A DNA stretch of 64,000 nucleotides from assembly GCA_944391955.1 (NCBI GenBank), contig CALXVG010000001.1, forward strand, positions 315,601-379,600. Direction: 5' to 3'. The notes beneath the pieces are model-generated. The model was given only the letters and a program-made list of their open reading frames with translations. It had not been told where the DNA came from and did no database searches. A program made the position numbers and the translations under genes. Positions 40,318 through 50,093 of this stretch are shown here, piece by piece (position 1 is the stretch's first letter; every line of letters starts with the position of its first letter). This DNA is from an uncultured Clostridia bacterium (GTDB lineage: Bacteria; Bacillota; Clostridia; TANB77; CAG-508).

Positions 40318-41466
40318 ATGAAAAAAATATTAATTTTTTATGGTTCTTATGGAGGAGGACATATAGCAGCTGCTAGAAATATTAAGGAATATTTTGAAAA
40401 TAGTTACGATGATTATGAGATTTCCATGATTGATTGTGTTGAATACACAAACAAAATCATAAATAAAATAACCACAAAGGCATATGCTGATTTATCTAAA
40501 TATGCTCATTGGCTTTGGAAAAAAATATATTTTTCTTCTGAAAATGGTTGGTTAGCTTCATTTAGTAATTTTTTTAATAAATTAATGGCCAATAAATTAA
40601 ATAAATTGATACAAAAATTTTCTCCAGATATAATAATTTCTACACATCCATTTAGTAGTCAAATGTGCGCCGTTCTAAAAAAGAAAGGCAAACTAAATTG
40701 TTTGCTTGCAACTGTTATGACAGATTATGTAGAACATAATCAATGGTTTATTTTACATGAGTTTGTAAATTTCTATTTTGTCGCACATGATGAAATGAAA
40801 GATTCTTTGATAAAAAAGGGTGTAGATGCTAACAAAATTTATGTTACTGGAATTCCTTTTTCTAATAGATTTTTAGAAAGTTATAATAAGAATGATATTT
40901 TATCTACTTATGATTTAAGAGAAAATAAGTCAATTGCTTTATTTTTTGCTGGTGGTGCTTTTGGCTTTGGCAAAAAGCAAGTTTGCAATATGCTAAAATC
41001 AATTATACATCATTTTCCAGATTTACAAGTAATTGCAATTTCTGGTAAAAATCCTAAAATCAAAAAAAGTTTTGATACTATTGTAAAAGAAACCAGAACT
41101 GATGATTATGTAAAAATTTTATCTTTTACTGATAAAGTTCCTGAGCTTATGCATATTTCTGATTTTGTAATAACTAAACCTGGTGGTCTTACTACTACTG
41201 AAAGCTTAGTTTCTGGATTACCCATGGTTATTATTAATCCTATTCCTGGTCAAGAAGAAGAAAATGCAAACTTTGTTGTAAAAAATGGGGCTGGTGTTTT
41301 GATGAAAAAAGGTGACCATTTAGAAGATATTTTAGATGAACTTTTAAGCTCTAAAGATAAATTGCCTACTATGGCAGAAAATGCAAAATCTATTTCAAAG
41401 AGAAATGCTACTAGAGACATATGTGAAACTTTATTGTCTGCTATGTGCGAAAAAAATACATTATAA
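40318..41466 (+). CDS. ugtP: MGDG-synthase family glycosyltransferase (processive diacylglycerol glucosyltransferase UgtP/YpfP-like, GT28)
   Basis: 'ILIFYGSYGGGH' N-terminus and C-terminal 'ITKPGGLTTTESL' motifs of the MGDG synthase / GT28 family. Confidence 0.8.
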   Translation: MKKILIFYGSYGGGHIAAARNIKEYFENSYDDYEISMIDCVEYTNKIINKITTKAYADLSKYAHWLWKKIYFSSENGWLASFSNFFNKLMANKLNKLIQKFSPDIIISTHPFSSQMCAVLKKKGKLNCLLATVMTDYVEHNQWFILHEFVNFYFVAHDEMKDSLIKKGVDANKIYVTGIPFSNRFLESYNKNDILSTYDLRENKSIALFFAGGAFGFGKKQVCNMLKSIIHHFPDLQVIAISGKNPKIKKSFDTIVKETRTDDYVKILSFTDKVPELMHISDFVITKPGGLTTTESLVSGLPMVIINPIPGQEEENANFVVKNGAGVLMKKGDHLEDILDELLSSKDKLPTMAENAKSISKRNATRDICETLLSAMCEKNTL

Positions 41467-41520
41467 GAAAAACAATAGCAAAAATGAAGGTGTATCTATT
41501 GCACCTTCATTTTTCATATA

Positions 41521-42120
41521 TTATATTTCACGTCTTCCTTCAAGAGCTTTACTTAGAGTGATTTCATCTGTGTATTCTAAATCGCCACCAACTGGTATTC
41601 CATGTGCTATTCGAGTAACTTTTATGCCTAATGGTTTTATTAATTTAGATAAATAAATTGCTGTTGCTTCTCCTTCTACTCTTGGGTTTGTTGCTATAAT
41701 AATTTCTTTTATATCTGTGTTGTTTATGCGTTCTAGCAATTCTTTAATTTTTATATCTTCTGGTCCTATACCATTCATAGGCGATATTGAACCATGTAAA
41801 ACATGATAAACACCTTTAAACTCATGTGTTTTCTCCATTGCTGCAATGTCTTTTACATCTTCTACAACACATATAGTTGATGAATCACGTTTTGGACTGC
41901 TACATATTGGGCATGGGTCTGTATCTGTTATATTAAAACATTGTGAACAATATTTTAAGTTTTTCTTTGCTTCTACAATTGAATTGATAAATTCATTTAC
42001 ACCTTCTGTATTTTGATTTAACATGTAAAAAGCTAGTCGAGTTGCAGTTTTATGTCCAATGCTTGGCAATCTTTCAAAATTTTCTATTAATCTTTCTATT
42101 GATGGTGAATAGTATGACAC
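41521..42120 (-). CDS. recR: Recombination protein RecR
   Basis: C4 zinc finger 'CSQCFN...CPICS' and a Toprim region; 199 aa. It follows ybaB. Confidence 0.95.
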   Translation of the reverse strand: MSYYSPSIERLIENFERLPSIGHKTATRLAFYMLNQNTEGVNEFINSIVEAKKNLKYCSQCFNITDTDPCPICSSPKRDSSTICVVEDVKDIAAMEKTHEFKGVYHVLHGSISPMNGIGPEDIKIKELLERINNTDIKEIIIATNPRVEGEATAIYLSKLIKPLGIKVTRIAHGIPVGGDLEYTDEITLSKALEGRREI

Positions 42121-42129
42121 GTTTTCCTC

Positions 42130-42471
42130 CTACATTAAGCCTGGTATATTATATTTACCAAATTGTGCTGATTGTGCTGCATCAACTTTTCTCATTGCAT
42201 CATTTACGCAAGTTATGATTAGGTCTTGTAGCATATCAACATCATCTGGGTCTACTACATCTTTACTAATTTTAATTTCTTTAATTACTTTTCCTCCTGT
42301 AACTTTTACAGTTATGGCTCCTCCTCCAGCTGTTGATTCAAATTCTTGTATTTGTAATTCCTCTTGTGATTTTTCCATATCTGCTTGCATTTTTTTAGCT
42401 TCTTTCATTAATTGATTGATGTTCATTCCACCAAATCCTCCCATTCCTGGGAATCCTCCTCTTTTTGACAT
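42130..42471 (-). CDS. ybaB: Nucleoid-associated protein YbaB/EbfC
   Basis: 113 aa with the typical 'GMGGFGGMNINQLMKEAKKMQ' N-terminus. Confidence 0.9.
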   Translation of the reverse strand: MSKRGGFPGMGGFGGMNINQLMKEAKKMQADMEKSQEELQIQEFESTAGGGAITVKVTGGKVIKEIKISKDVVDPDDVDMLQDLIITCVNDAMRKVDAAQSAQFGKYNIPGLM

Positions 42472-42486
42472 TATCTTTTCCTCCTC

Positions 42487-42906
42487 TTATTCATCTATTA
42501 TATTTATTGGAATATCTAATTCATTTGCAATACTTTCTATTGATGTTTTTTTGGTTTCTTTTTTCCCTTCGTTTTTTTCTAGTATTCTGATTTGCATATT
42601 TGAACCTTGTTCCATTGATACTATTTTTTCAATAAAAGCTTTGTTTTCATGTTCTTCTATTACCTTTTTGGCAAAGTCTGTAACTTTTTTAGGAAATTCT
42701 ATTCCAACAACCATGTCATTTACTAATACACCCTTTGTACTTAGTAAATTTGCATATATAGTCATTTTGCCTGATTGTTTTATTTTGTCTAAGACATTTT
42801 GCCAATAAGGCACATATTTTCCAGTTGATTGTATTTTATCATCTAGTTCTACATCTTGATTTTCAAAATTTACACTTTGTTTTTTGACTTCAGACTTTCC
42901 GCTCTT
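42487..42906 (-). CDS. dnaX: DNA polymerase III tau subunit, C-terminal (domain IV-V) fragment; separated from the N-terminal part by in-frame stops
   Basis: It is in the same reading frame as the 42925-44070 ORF. TAA (42925-42927) and TAG (42907-42909) interrupt the frame. The C-terminal region is tau-like. Confidence 0.6.
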   Translation of the reverse strand, partial: KSGKSEVKKQSVNFENQDVELDDKIQSTGKYVPYWQNVLDKIKQSGKMTIYANLLSTKGVLVNDMVVGIEFPKKVTDFAKKVIEEHENKAFIEKIVSMEQGSNMQIRILEKNEGKKETKKTSIESIANELDIPINIIDE

Positions 42907-42924
42907 CTACCTTTGTCTTCTGTC

Positions 42925-44070
42925 TTACGACATCTTCCCTCTGAGCTCCGGCCTCCGCCTTCTGACCTCCGCCATCCGACCTCTGACCTCCGTCTTTAGA
43001 CATCCGCTAATTATACCTGTTTGAAAAATTATATTTTTCTGTGTTGACATTTTCATATTATTAGCTAATTCTGATAATTCATATATTAGTCTAAGCAATT
43101 CTTCTTTTGATGTTTTCTCTGATAATTGCTTAATAAAATCCATTTCTTCTTTTGTATATAATTCTAAATGAGATGTAACTTTATATACTAATATATCTTT
43201 TACATATTTTATTACTTCCCAAAGGAAATTATCTAAGTCTTTTCCTTGGTTAATCACTATATCCATTGTTTTTATTGCATTTTCAGCATTTTTTTCTATA
43301 ATACATTGCACTAATTCTCTTATGTATGTTAATTTAGGTAATCCTACTAGTTCTCTTATTACATCTTCTGTTATTTCTCTATTTGCATCTTGGCTACATC
43401 TTTCTAAAATACTTATTCCATCTCTTAAAGCACCTTCTGCTAAAATTGCAATCATTTTTAATGCTTCATCTGTTATTTGTATTTTGTCTTCTTTACATAT
43501 AATATTTAGTCTTTTTATTATATCTTCTACTGATATTCTTTTAAAATCAAATCTTTGACAACGTGAAAGTATGGTTGCTGGTAATTTTTGTGGTTCAGTT
43601 GTTGCTAATATAAATTTTACATGTTCTGGTGGCTCTTCTAATGTTTTTAATAATGCATTGAAGGCTCCTGTTGATAACATATGAACCTCATCTATAATAT
43701 ATACTCTATATTTTGCAATTGTTGGTAAAAAGTTTACTTCATCTCTTATTGCTCTCACATCTTCTACACTATTGTTAGATGCTGCATCCATTTCTACAAC
43801 ATCTGTTAAAGAACCATCTAAAATTCCTTTGCAAATTTCACACTCATTACATGGTTCTCCATCTTCATGTGGATGTAAGCAGTTTATAGCTCTTGCCATT
43901 ATTTTTGCTGCAGTTGTTTTTCCTGTTCCTCTTCCACCACTAAATAAATATGCATGTCCTATTCTATCTGCTAATATTTGATTTTTTAATGTTTTTGTAA
44001 TATGTTCTTGCCCAACCATTTCATTAAAAGAAATTGGTCTAAATTTCCTATATAATGCTGTGTAGCCCAT
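42925..44070 (-). CDS. dnaX: DNA polymerase III subunit gamma/tau, N-terminal domains I-III (gamma-length product)
   Basis: 'LFSGGRGTGKTT' Walker A, a Zn-module 'CNECEIC' and SRC/sensor motifs. The ORF ends in a GC-rich repeat segment with an R-rich aberrant tail. Confidence 0.85.
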   Translation of the reverse strand: MGYTALYRKFRPISFNEMVGQEHITKTLKNQILADRIGHAYLFSGGRGTGKTTAAKIMARAINCLHPHEDGEPCNECEICKGILDGSLTDVVEMDAASNNSVEDVRAIRDEVNFLPTIAKYRVYIIDEVHMLSTGAFNALLKTLEEPPEHVKFILATTEPQKLPATILSRCQRFDFKRISVEDIIKRLNIICKEDKIQITDEALKMIAILAEGALRDGISILERCSQDANREITEDVIRELVGLPKLTYIRELVQCIIEKNAENAIKTMDIVINQGKDLDNFLWEVIKYVKDILVYKVTSHLELYTKEEMDFIKQLSEKTSKEELLRLIYELSELANNMKMSTQKNIIFQTGIISGCLKTEVRGRMAEVRRRRPELRGKMS

Positions 44071-44099
44071 TTTAGTATTCTTCCTTTCAAGATACTTAT

Positions 44100-44218
44100 A
44101 AATTAACCCCTTTATGGAAAGTAATTCACATAAATATTACTATTTATCGCTGCTTCCTTCCAGACCTGACGAGATTCATAGCTCTTTATTGAATTACTCT
44201 CCATAAAGAGGTTAATTC
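44100..44218 (-). ncRNA. ffs: Signal recognition particle RNA (4.5S/scRNA-type, ffs)
   Basis: Minus-strand sequence contains the universal domain-IV motif GUCAGGUCUGGAAGGAAGCAGC. It is enclosed by a ~26-bp terminal helix (44102-44127 pairs with 44191-44216). It is located directly upstream of dnaX, as in Bacillus/Clostridium. Confidence 0.75.
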
Positions 44219-44280
44219 GCAAATATTATTATATAATGATATTATAAAATTATCAAGTATTTTTAGTTAATTTCTTATAG

Positions 44281-45027
44281 CTATATTCTTTTAAATACTG
44301 CCTTAAAATCTGTTTGTTCATATATTTCCACACCATTTTCAACAATATTTCCCTTTGGTAATTCGGTTGTTATTGTAGTTTTAAATTTTATTCCACTTTC
44401 TATTTCTATTATCATATCAAATGTTAATTTGAATTTGATTTCTTCATTTGTTTTTCCTATCTTGTTTAACAATGTACCATCTATTGCTGTTTGTTCATTT
44501 TCTGTGTATTGCATTTCTCCAATGTTGTTTTGTATTACTGAAAATTCTAATATTCCTCCCTGATTTGAAATTTGTAAATTATCAGCTTTTATATTAGTTT
44601 CTGTTCCTCCTGCATATTTTAATTCATCTTTTACAATATTTTGTTCTAAGTAATCGTATAATTCTTCTCCTGTTGATGGTCTGTATATTTCTACACTATT
44701 TGAATTATCTCTATCTGTTATTTGTATATTGTTAATTGTTATTTGTCTTATTTTTGCTTCTTTTTTGTAATTTTCATTTTTTTCTATTGCGATTTTTATG
44801 TCATTATTTTGTAAAATTGAAGCTGTATATCCAGCCTCTCCTTGTATAATATTTGAAGTTTTTGCACTACTAGTAATAATTATTTTTGATATTATAAATG
44901 GTGGTCTACTTTCTCCTTCAACACTATATTTATACATCAAAAAAGCTACTATTATTAGTATAAAAACTATAATTAATATTGTTATATATGCTCCAATAGA
45001 AAACTTTTTTCCTCCAACTTGTATCAT
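44281..45027 (-). CDS. Hypothetical membrane-anchored protein
   Basis: 248 aa with a single N-terminal TM helix and a polar Asn/Ile/Glu-rich ectodomain. No recognisable family. Confidence 0.45.
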   Translation of the reverse strand: MIQVGGKKFSIGAYITILIIVFILIIVAFLMYKYSVEGESRPPFIISKIIITSSAKTSNIIQGEAGYTASILQNNDIKIAIEKNENYKKEAKIRQITINNIQITDRDNSNSVEIYRPSTGEELYDYLEQNIVKDELKYAGGTETNIKADNLQISNQGGILEFSVIQNNIGEMQYTENEQTAIDGTLLNKIGKTNEEIKFKLTFDMIIEIESGIKFKTTITTELPKGNIVENGVEIYEQTDFKAVFKRI

Positions 45028-45031
45028 ATAT

Positions 45032-45496
45032 TTAGCCTCCGTTTTTTCTTAAATCCTTAAAAAATTTTTTTAAAATATCTTCACATTCTTCTTGTAATAT
45101 TCCTATTTTTATATTTATTCCATATTTTTTTTCATATTCCTTTAATCTATTTTCTGCTTCTTGTTCCTCATTTTTTGGATCTATTGTTCCTATATATATG
45201 TTTTTAATTCTTGAAGATATTATTGCTCCTAAACACATCATGCAGGGTTCTAGTGTAACATATAAATCACAATTTAGCAATCTCCAATTTTGAAGTTTTT
45301 TATTTGCTTTTTGTATTGCAAGTATTTCTGCATGAGCAATAGCTGTTTTCTTTAATTCTTTTAAATTATGTGCTTTTGCTATAATTTTGTTGTCCTTTAC
45401 AATTACCGCTCCAACTGGTATTTCTTCCTTGCTATATGCTTTTTGAGCTTCTTTTAATGCTTCTTTCATCCATTTTTCTTCCATAAAACATAGCAC
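45032..45496 (-). CDS. tadA: tRNA-specific adenosine deaminase TadA
   Basis: 'HAEILAI' and 'LEPCMMCLGAI' CDA zinc-binding motifs; 154 aa. Confidence 0.9.
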   Translation of the reverse strand: MLCFMEEKWMKEALKEAQKAYSKEEIPVGAVIVKDNKIIAKAHNLKELKKTAIAHAEILAIQKANKKLQNWRLLNCDLYVTLEPCMMCLGAIISSRIKNIYIGTIDPKNEEQEAENRLKEYEKKYGINIKIGILQEECEDILKKFFKDLRKNGG

Positions 45497-45610
45497 CCTT
45501 TTTCCTTTTACTTAGGCTCATTTTAGCATATATTTTGCTGTTTTACAACATGTAGTTTGAAATTATACAATAAAAAAGTTATCGCCCTGCAAGTGACGAT
45601 AACTATAAGA

Positions 45611-45787
45611 TTACTCTTCCTTATAGATTGCTTGGTAATACGTGTTTCTAGAGGAAAACAAATCTATCCTTTCGGAAATAACAACAATTCCTCCCTGGGG
45701 TTTCCACCCCTGCTTTATGTATTTGTTTACCATTTCCTCCAAGTCATCGACTGAATAGTCGGTAATAATAACCTTGTATTCACCCAT
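45611..45787 (-). CDS. Small DUF1737-like protein
   Basis: 59-aa product when started at MGEYKVI, which has a GAGGTGAAG SD. The sequence 'YKVIITDYSVDDLEEMVNKYIKQGWKPQGG' resembles DUF1737. Confidence 0.35.
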   Translation of the reverse strand: MGEYKVIITDYSVDDLEEMVNKYIKQGWKPQGGIVVISERIDLFSSRNTYYQAIYKEE

Positions 45788-45899
45788 TTTCTTCACCTCT
45801 AAATTCATAAAGATTGAATTGTATTTGTCTTGCACCAAATACTAAGGAAAATGCTATTTTTATTATAGCATTTTTTCTATATATTGTAAAATTTTATAA

Positions 45900-46790
45900 T
45901 TATATATTCATTACCTTTTCTATAATATCTAAATCCTCTATTTTATTAATTCCAAAACATTTTTTGCCTAAATCTTTTATTGAAGCTCCTAAATGATACA
46001 TTTCTTTATTATCTATTACTATAAATCTATCGTGAAATTTATTTGTTTTGGTAACTTTCAATATAGGATATTCTTTATTAAATTTTTGAATATCTATTTT
46101 TTGTATAGCGCTTTTATCAGAAGTTAATATTACAATTTCTACATTTTTATTTTTCTTTGTAAGCATTTTCAAAACACTGTCATCTATGTAGTTATCTATT
46201 ATCAAAATTTTCTTATTTGCTTTTTTAATAATATCAATTATTAAACTGTAAGCATCATAAATTTGACCTTCAAAAAATATTTTTTGTTTAATATCTTCTT
46301 CATGCTGTAATTGGTCAAATACTTTGTCAAACTTTTTATCGTGTTCTAATAATTTATATTCTACATTTATTAATCTTTCAAATAATTGCCCATTTGAAGA
46401 TAAAAATTTTCTCATTTCTACAAATGCTTCTACAATTTTTACACTTACTTCAATAGCTACTTCATTTTTTAACAAACCTGAAAGCATTAAAATTCCTTTT
46501 TCTGTAAATACATAAGGCAGTTTTTGTTTTCCACCTCGTATGTTTGAAGTCGCAATTTGCGACTTCAAAGTTTCATACTCTTTACTAGTTAATTGAAAAC
46601 AAAATTCTATTGGGAAACGTTCAGAATTTCTTTTTACAGTCTCGTTTATTCTTCTAGTTTCATAATAGTATAATCTGGCAACATCACTATCTAACATTAC
46701 TTGTTTTCCTCGGATTGTATATATTAAACTTTTTATTTCTTCATTTGATATGTTGTCTTGAACTACCAAAGTATTTATTTCATTTTCCAT
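45900..46790 (-). CDS. ORF6N (KilA-N-related) domain protein with an uncharacterised C-terminal domain
   Basis: N-terminal 'IRGKQVMLDSDVARLYYYETRRINETVKRNSERFP' is the ORF6N/antirepressor-like motif. The ~150-aa C-terminal domain has no recognisable family. Confidence 0.55.
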   Translation of the reverse strand: MENEINTLVVQDNISNEEIKSLIYTIRGKQVMLDSDVARLYYYETRRINETVKRNSERFPIEFCFQLTSKEYETLKSQIATSNIRGGKQKLPYVFTEKGILMLSGLLKNEVAIEVSVKIVEAFVEMRKFLSSNGQLFERLINVEYKLLEHDKKFDKVFDQLQHEEDIKQKIFFEGQIYDAYSLIIDIIKKANKKILIIDNYIDDSVLKMLTKKNKNVEIVILTSDKSAIQKIDIQKFNKEYPILKVTKTNKFHDRFIVIDNKEMYHLGASIKDLGKKCFGINKIEDLDIIEKVMNI

Positions 46791-47125
46791 AATTTCACAT
46801 CCTTATATAAAACTACATATAGTTTAAAACATTTGTTTGTAATTGTCAAGTATTTTTCATTCTTTATATATTTTTTATTTATTGTTAACGAGTAATCCTA
46901 TCTAATTTATCGTCTACAATATACTTAAATTTTCATTTATTTATACCTGCAAACATTTCTTGAAATGCTGCTCTATATGCCATATCTTTTACTAATAAAG
47001 CAAAATGCACCTCCTAAAATTAGATTTTTTATCTAACTTTTGGGGTACACTTCATAAAATTTTGTAATCCATATTATTGCTTAAAATTGTTTACATTATG
47101 ATTCCATATATAAGTAAAACTTTTT

Positions 47126-47202
47126 TGGTGTCCTTGGGCGGATTCGAACCGCCGACTTCTTCCTTAGGAGGGAAGCACTCTATCCAGCTGAGTTACAAAG
47201 AC
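47126..47202 (-). tRNA. tRNA-Arg (anticodon CCU)
   Basis: 77-nt cloverleaf GUCUUUGUAACUCAGCUGGAUAGAGUGCUUCCCUCCUAAGGAAG...GGUUCGAAUCCGCCCAAGGACACCA. The anticodon loop CUCCUAA gives anticodon CCU. Confidence 0.9.
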
Positions 47203-47252
47203 ATAAACTTGGTATATTTTCATAATTTTGTGAATATAATATATTAAAAGTG

Positions 47253-47283
47253 TTGACATTCACTAAAAAAAGTATTATAATAA
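47253..47283 (+). promoter_or_regulatory. SigmaA-type promoter for the tRNA-fMet gene (TTGACA-17-TATAAAAT)
   Basis: TTGACA at 47253-47258 and TATAAA at 47276-47281, about 15 nt upstream of the tRNA 5' end. Confidence 0.5.
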
Positions 47284-47297
47284 TTGTCGTGTTCACA

Positions 47298-47374
<77 letters not shown>

Positions 47375-47435
47375 ATTATAAGTCTAGTTTTCTAGACTTT
47401 ATTTTTTTACATGTATTTATATTATAAAAATTTAA

Positions 47436-47711
47436 TTAACAGTAAAACTTAATTTCTTTTATATCATTAATATGATAATACTCTTTCCATTTTGAAACAA
47501 TAAAAAAATAGTGTTTAGATATTATATCTAGCAATTTATTTAAATCATTTTGAGGGATTTTGCTTTTATTATTAGCCAATATGCAACCTCCAGATTGTGT
47601 TAACCAAATCTTAGTAGAATTTTGAGTAGGACTTCCTTTTGAAATATGAATATGAATAGGTTCATTATTCTCATTTGACCAAAAATATATTTTATAACCG
47701 AAAACTTTCAA
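47436..47711 (-). CDS. DUF4160-like small protein
   Basis: 91 aa, 'IYFWSNENNEPIHIHISKG'. It is paired with the upstream small gene in an operon-like arrangement. Confidence 0.45.
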   Translation of the reverse strand: MKVFGYKIYFWSNENNEPIHIHISKGSPTQNSTKIWLTQSGGCILANNKSKIPQNDLNKLLDIISKHYFFIVSKWKEYYHINDIKEIKFYC

Positions 47712-47716
47712 AAATA

Positions 47717-47998
47717 CTAGGCAAATTTAAGACCCCCTTCTTTAGCATATTTATAGAACAAATCACAACTATTTTTTACTACTTGTTTAAAAAAATCAAT
47801 TTCTTCATTGCTATAATTGCCTTCCCAAATAGTTATTTCGTAAGTAGGTAATTTTATTCTAACAGAATCAAAACCGTTTTCAGTAGGTCTTTCAAAGTGA
47901 ACATCTATACATTCTTTATTATTTTCTATATATATATTAGAAAAAACAACTTCTGTGCCATCAGAATATTTTACATATGGATACATCATAATATACAC
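47717..47998 (-). CDS. DUF2442-like small protein
   Basis: 93 aa, 5-nt gap to the downstream DUF4160-like gene. This pairing is commonly conserved. Confidence 0.4.
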   Translation of the reverse strand: MYIMMYPYVKYSDGTEVVFSNIYIENNKECIDVHFERPTENGFDSVRIKLPTYEITIWEGNYSNEEIDFFKQVVKNSCDLFYKYAKEGGLKFA

Positions 47999-48240
47999 AC
48001 TCCTTCTACTAGATAACTACTTATTTTTATCATATTTAATATTATAGCATTTTAAAAGAAAAAATTCTACCACTTTTTATAAAATTTTACTCTTACTAAA
48101 ACCTTCTCAATATTTTATCTTTAAAACTTACTTTTTTTATGAAAAACTATTGTTTATCCCAGAAAAATGTGTTAAAATGCATTAATATAAAGGTTTATAA
48201 TATAAATATTATAAAAGCTAATAGGAGGAACTAATAAAAA

Positions 48241-48900
48241 ATGACAGACACAATAATTAATCCTATTTTTAATTATGAGGATTTACCTGATGAAGATGTT
48301 ATTGGGAAAGTGCAACAGGGCGATAACAATGCATTAAATTATATTATAAATAAATATTATGATTTAGTTAATATGAAAGCTAATAAATTTTTTATTGTCG
48401 GTGCTGAAAAAAGTGACATTATTCAAGAAGGTTTAATTGGACTATATAAAGCAACAAAATCTTTTAATATTCAAAAGCAAAATTCGTTTAAAACATTTGC
48501 AAATATGTGTATTGAGAGACAAATTATAACAGCAGTGAAAACTGCAAATAGACAAAAAAACATACCCTTAAATTCTGCTTTTTCCATAAATACACAATTA
48601 TATGATGATAATGAAGATAATAATACTGAACTAGTAGATATTTTAAACACTAACTATGTTGAAGACCCTTCTGATTCTATAACAAGAAAAGAATATTTTG
48701 ATTACATAAATAAATCTATTGCTGAAAATTTGAGTCAACATGAAAAAGATGTTTTAAAATATTTTAGACAAAATAAAAGTTATCAAGAAATTGCTGAAAA
48801 ATTAAATTGTAAAACGAAATCAGTTGATACTGCAATGACTAGAATACGTAGAAAAGCTAATAAGATAAAACAAGAAGTTAAAAAAAGAGATGAAGGATAG
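48241..48900 (+). CDS. sigH: RNA polymerase sporulation sigma factor SigH (Spo0H)
   Basis: 'VQQGDNNALNYIINKY...SDIIQEGLIGLYKA...CIERQIITAVKTANRQKNIPLNS' is near-identical in pattern to B. subtilis SigH. Confidence 0.85.
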   Translation: MTDTIINPIFNYEDLPDEDVIGKVQQGDNNALNYIINKYYDLVNMKANKFFIVGAEKSDIIQEGLIGLYKATKSFNIQKQNSFKTFANMCIERQIITAVKTANRQKNIPLNSAFSINTQLYDDNEDNNTELVDILNTNYVEDPSDSITRKEYFDYINKSIAENLSQHEKDVLKYFRQNKSYQEIAEKLNCKTKSVDTAMTRIRRKANKIKQEVKKRDEG

Positions 48901-48924
48901 AATATATTATCCTTCATCTTTTGC

Positions 48925-49986
48925 TTATAAGCTGTTTATAACATTTATTCTTAAGATTTGCCCTACATATATTAAATTAGGATTTGCTATATTGTTTAAT
49001 CTTACAATATCCTCAATACTTACACCATATTCTCGTGAAATCTGTGTTAATGTATTTCCTGGTTTTACCACATATAAAATATGACTTACATCATGTATAT
49101 CATTATTATCAATCTCTGGAACTATAAGCCTTTGACCAACATATATTAAATTTGGATTTGCTATATTATTTATTTGTGCTAAATATTGGTATGATGTATT
49201 ATATTCTGTTGCGATTTGACTTAAAGTATCCCCTCTTTGTACGATTATTGTTGTAGTTGATGGAGTTCTATCTGGTGTTGTATCTCTCGGTATTTCTGTT
49301 GTGTTAGATAGAAAAACTCCACTTGTAAAGTAATCTCTGTCTACATTCCCAGAAATTCCTGTAACTCTTCCTTCGTCTGTATATTGAAATCCATCCCATC
49401 GTACCCAGTTTCCGTTTCCTGGTTCTTCTACACCATAATCAGCAACCCATATTGGATATCTTTCTGCTAGCTCACTTGAAAATGTGTATGCTGCATTATA
49501 TGCGTCACTGTAGATTATTACTTCTTTTCCGCTTAATCTTTCAACTTCTTCTAAGAAAACTTCAGAAATCTCATTGATTTCCGTAATAGACAATCCATCA
49601 AAATATTCAAAGTCCATAGCCAATCTACAATCTACATTTAATCCTTTGATATTAGAAACGAAAAATTCTGCTTCATCTTGTGCTTCTTCTGTATTTCTTG
49701 CTGTTAAATAATGATAAAATCCTACTTTTATTCCATTTTCTTTTGCTCCATTATAATTTTCAATAGCATATGGATCAACATAATTATTTCCTTCACTTGC
49801 TCTTACATATACTACTTCTATTCCAAAATCTTTTACTTCTTCCCAGTTTATTTCTCCTTGCCATTCGCTTACATCTATTCCTTCATATGTTGGTGTTGAT
49901 GAAGCCGGGAAAGCATTTACCTCTGTAGACTCTATTACTATAAAACTAACTATAATAACTAATAATAAGCTTAAAAATTTTTTCAT
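48925..49986 (-). CDS. GH25 family lysozyme (muramidase) with two C-terminal LysM domains
   Basis: Signal peptide, then 'GIDVSEWQGEINW...VYVRASEG' GH25 motifs. Two LysM repeats follow ('RGDTLSQIATEY...', 'PGNTLTQISREYGVS...'). Confidence 0.85.
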   Translation of the reverse strand: MKKFLSLLLVIIVSFIVIESTEVNAFPASSTPTYEGIDVSEWQGEINWEEVKDFGIEVVYVRASEGNNYVDPYAIENYNGAKENGIKVGFYHYLTARNTEEAQDEAEFFVSNIKGLNVDCRLAMDFEYFDGLSITEINEISEVFLEEVERLSGKEVIIYSDAYNAAYTFSSELAERYPIWVADYGVEEPGNGNWVRWDGFQYTDEGRVTGISGNVDRDYFTSGVFLSNTTEIPRDTTPDRTPSTTTIIVQRGDTLSQIATEYNTSYQYLAQINNIANPNLIYVGQRLIVPEIDNNDIHDVSHILYVVKPGNTLTQISREYGVSIEDIVRLNNIANPNLIYVGQILRINVINSL

Positions 49987-50093
49987 ATTAACCTCCTATT
50001 TTATATTATGATATTAGCTGTTTTTTGGTTAATACATTTGTATTTTATCTATTTATATGATAAACTATTTTATTATATTAATTGGAGGTGTTT

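Noticed and set aside
42815-43060. Possibility that the GC-rich dnaX segment is a promoter, riboswitch or small ribozyme
   Set aside because: No recognisable conserved ribozyme or riboswitch core could be identified by eye. It is retained only as a compositional or repeat anomaly in the dnaX finding.
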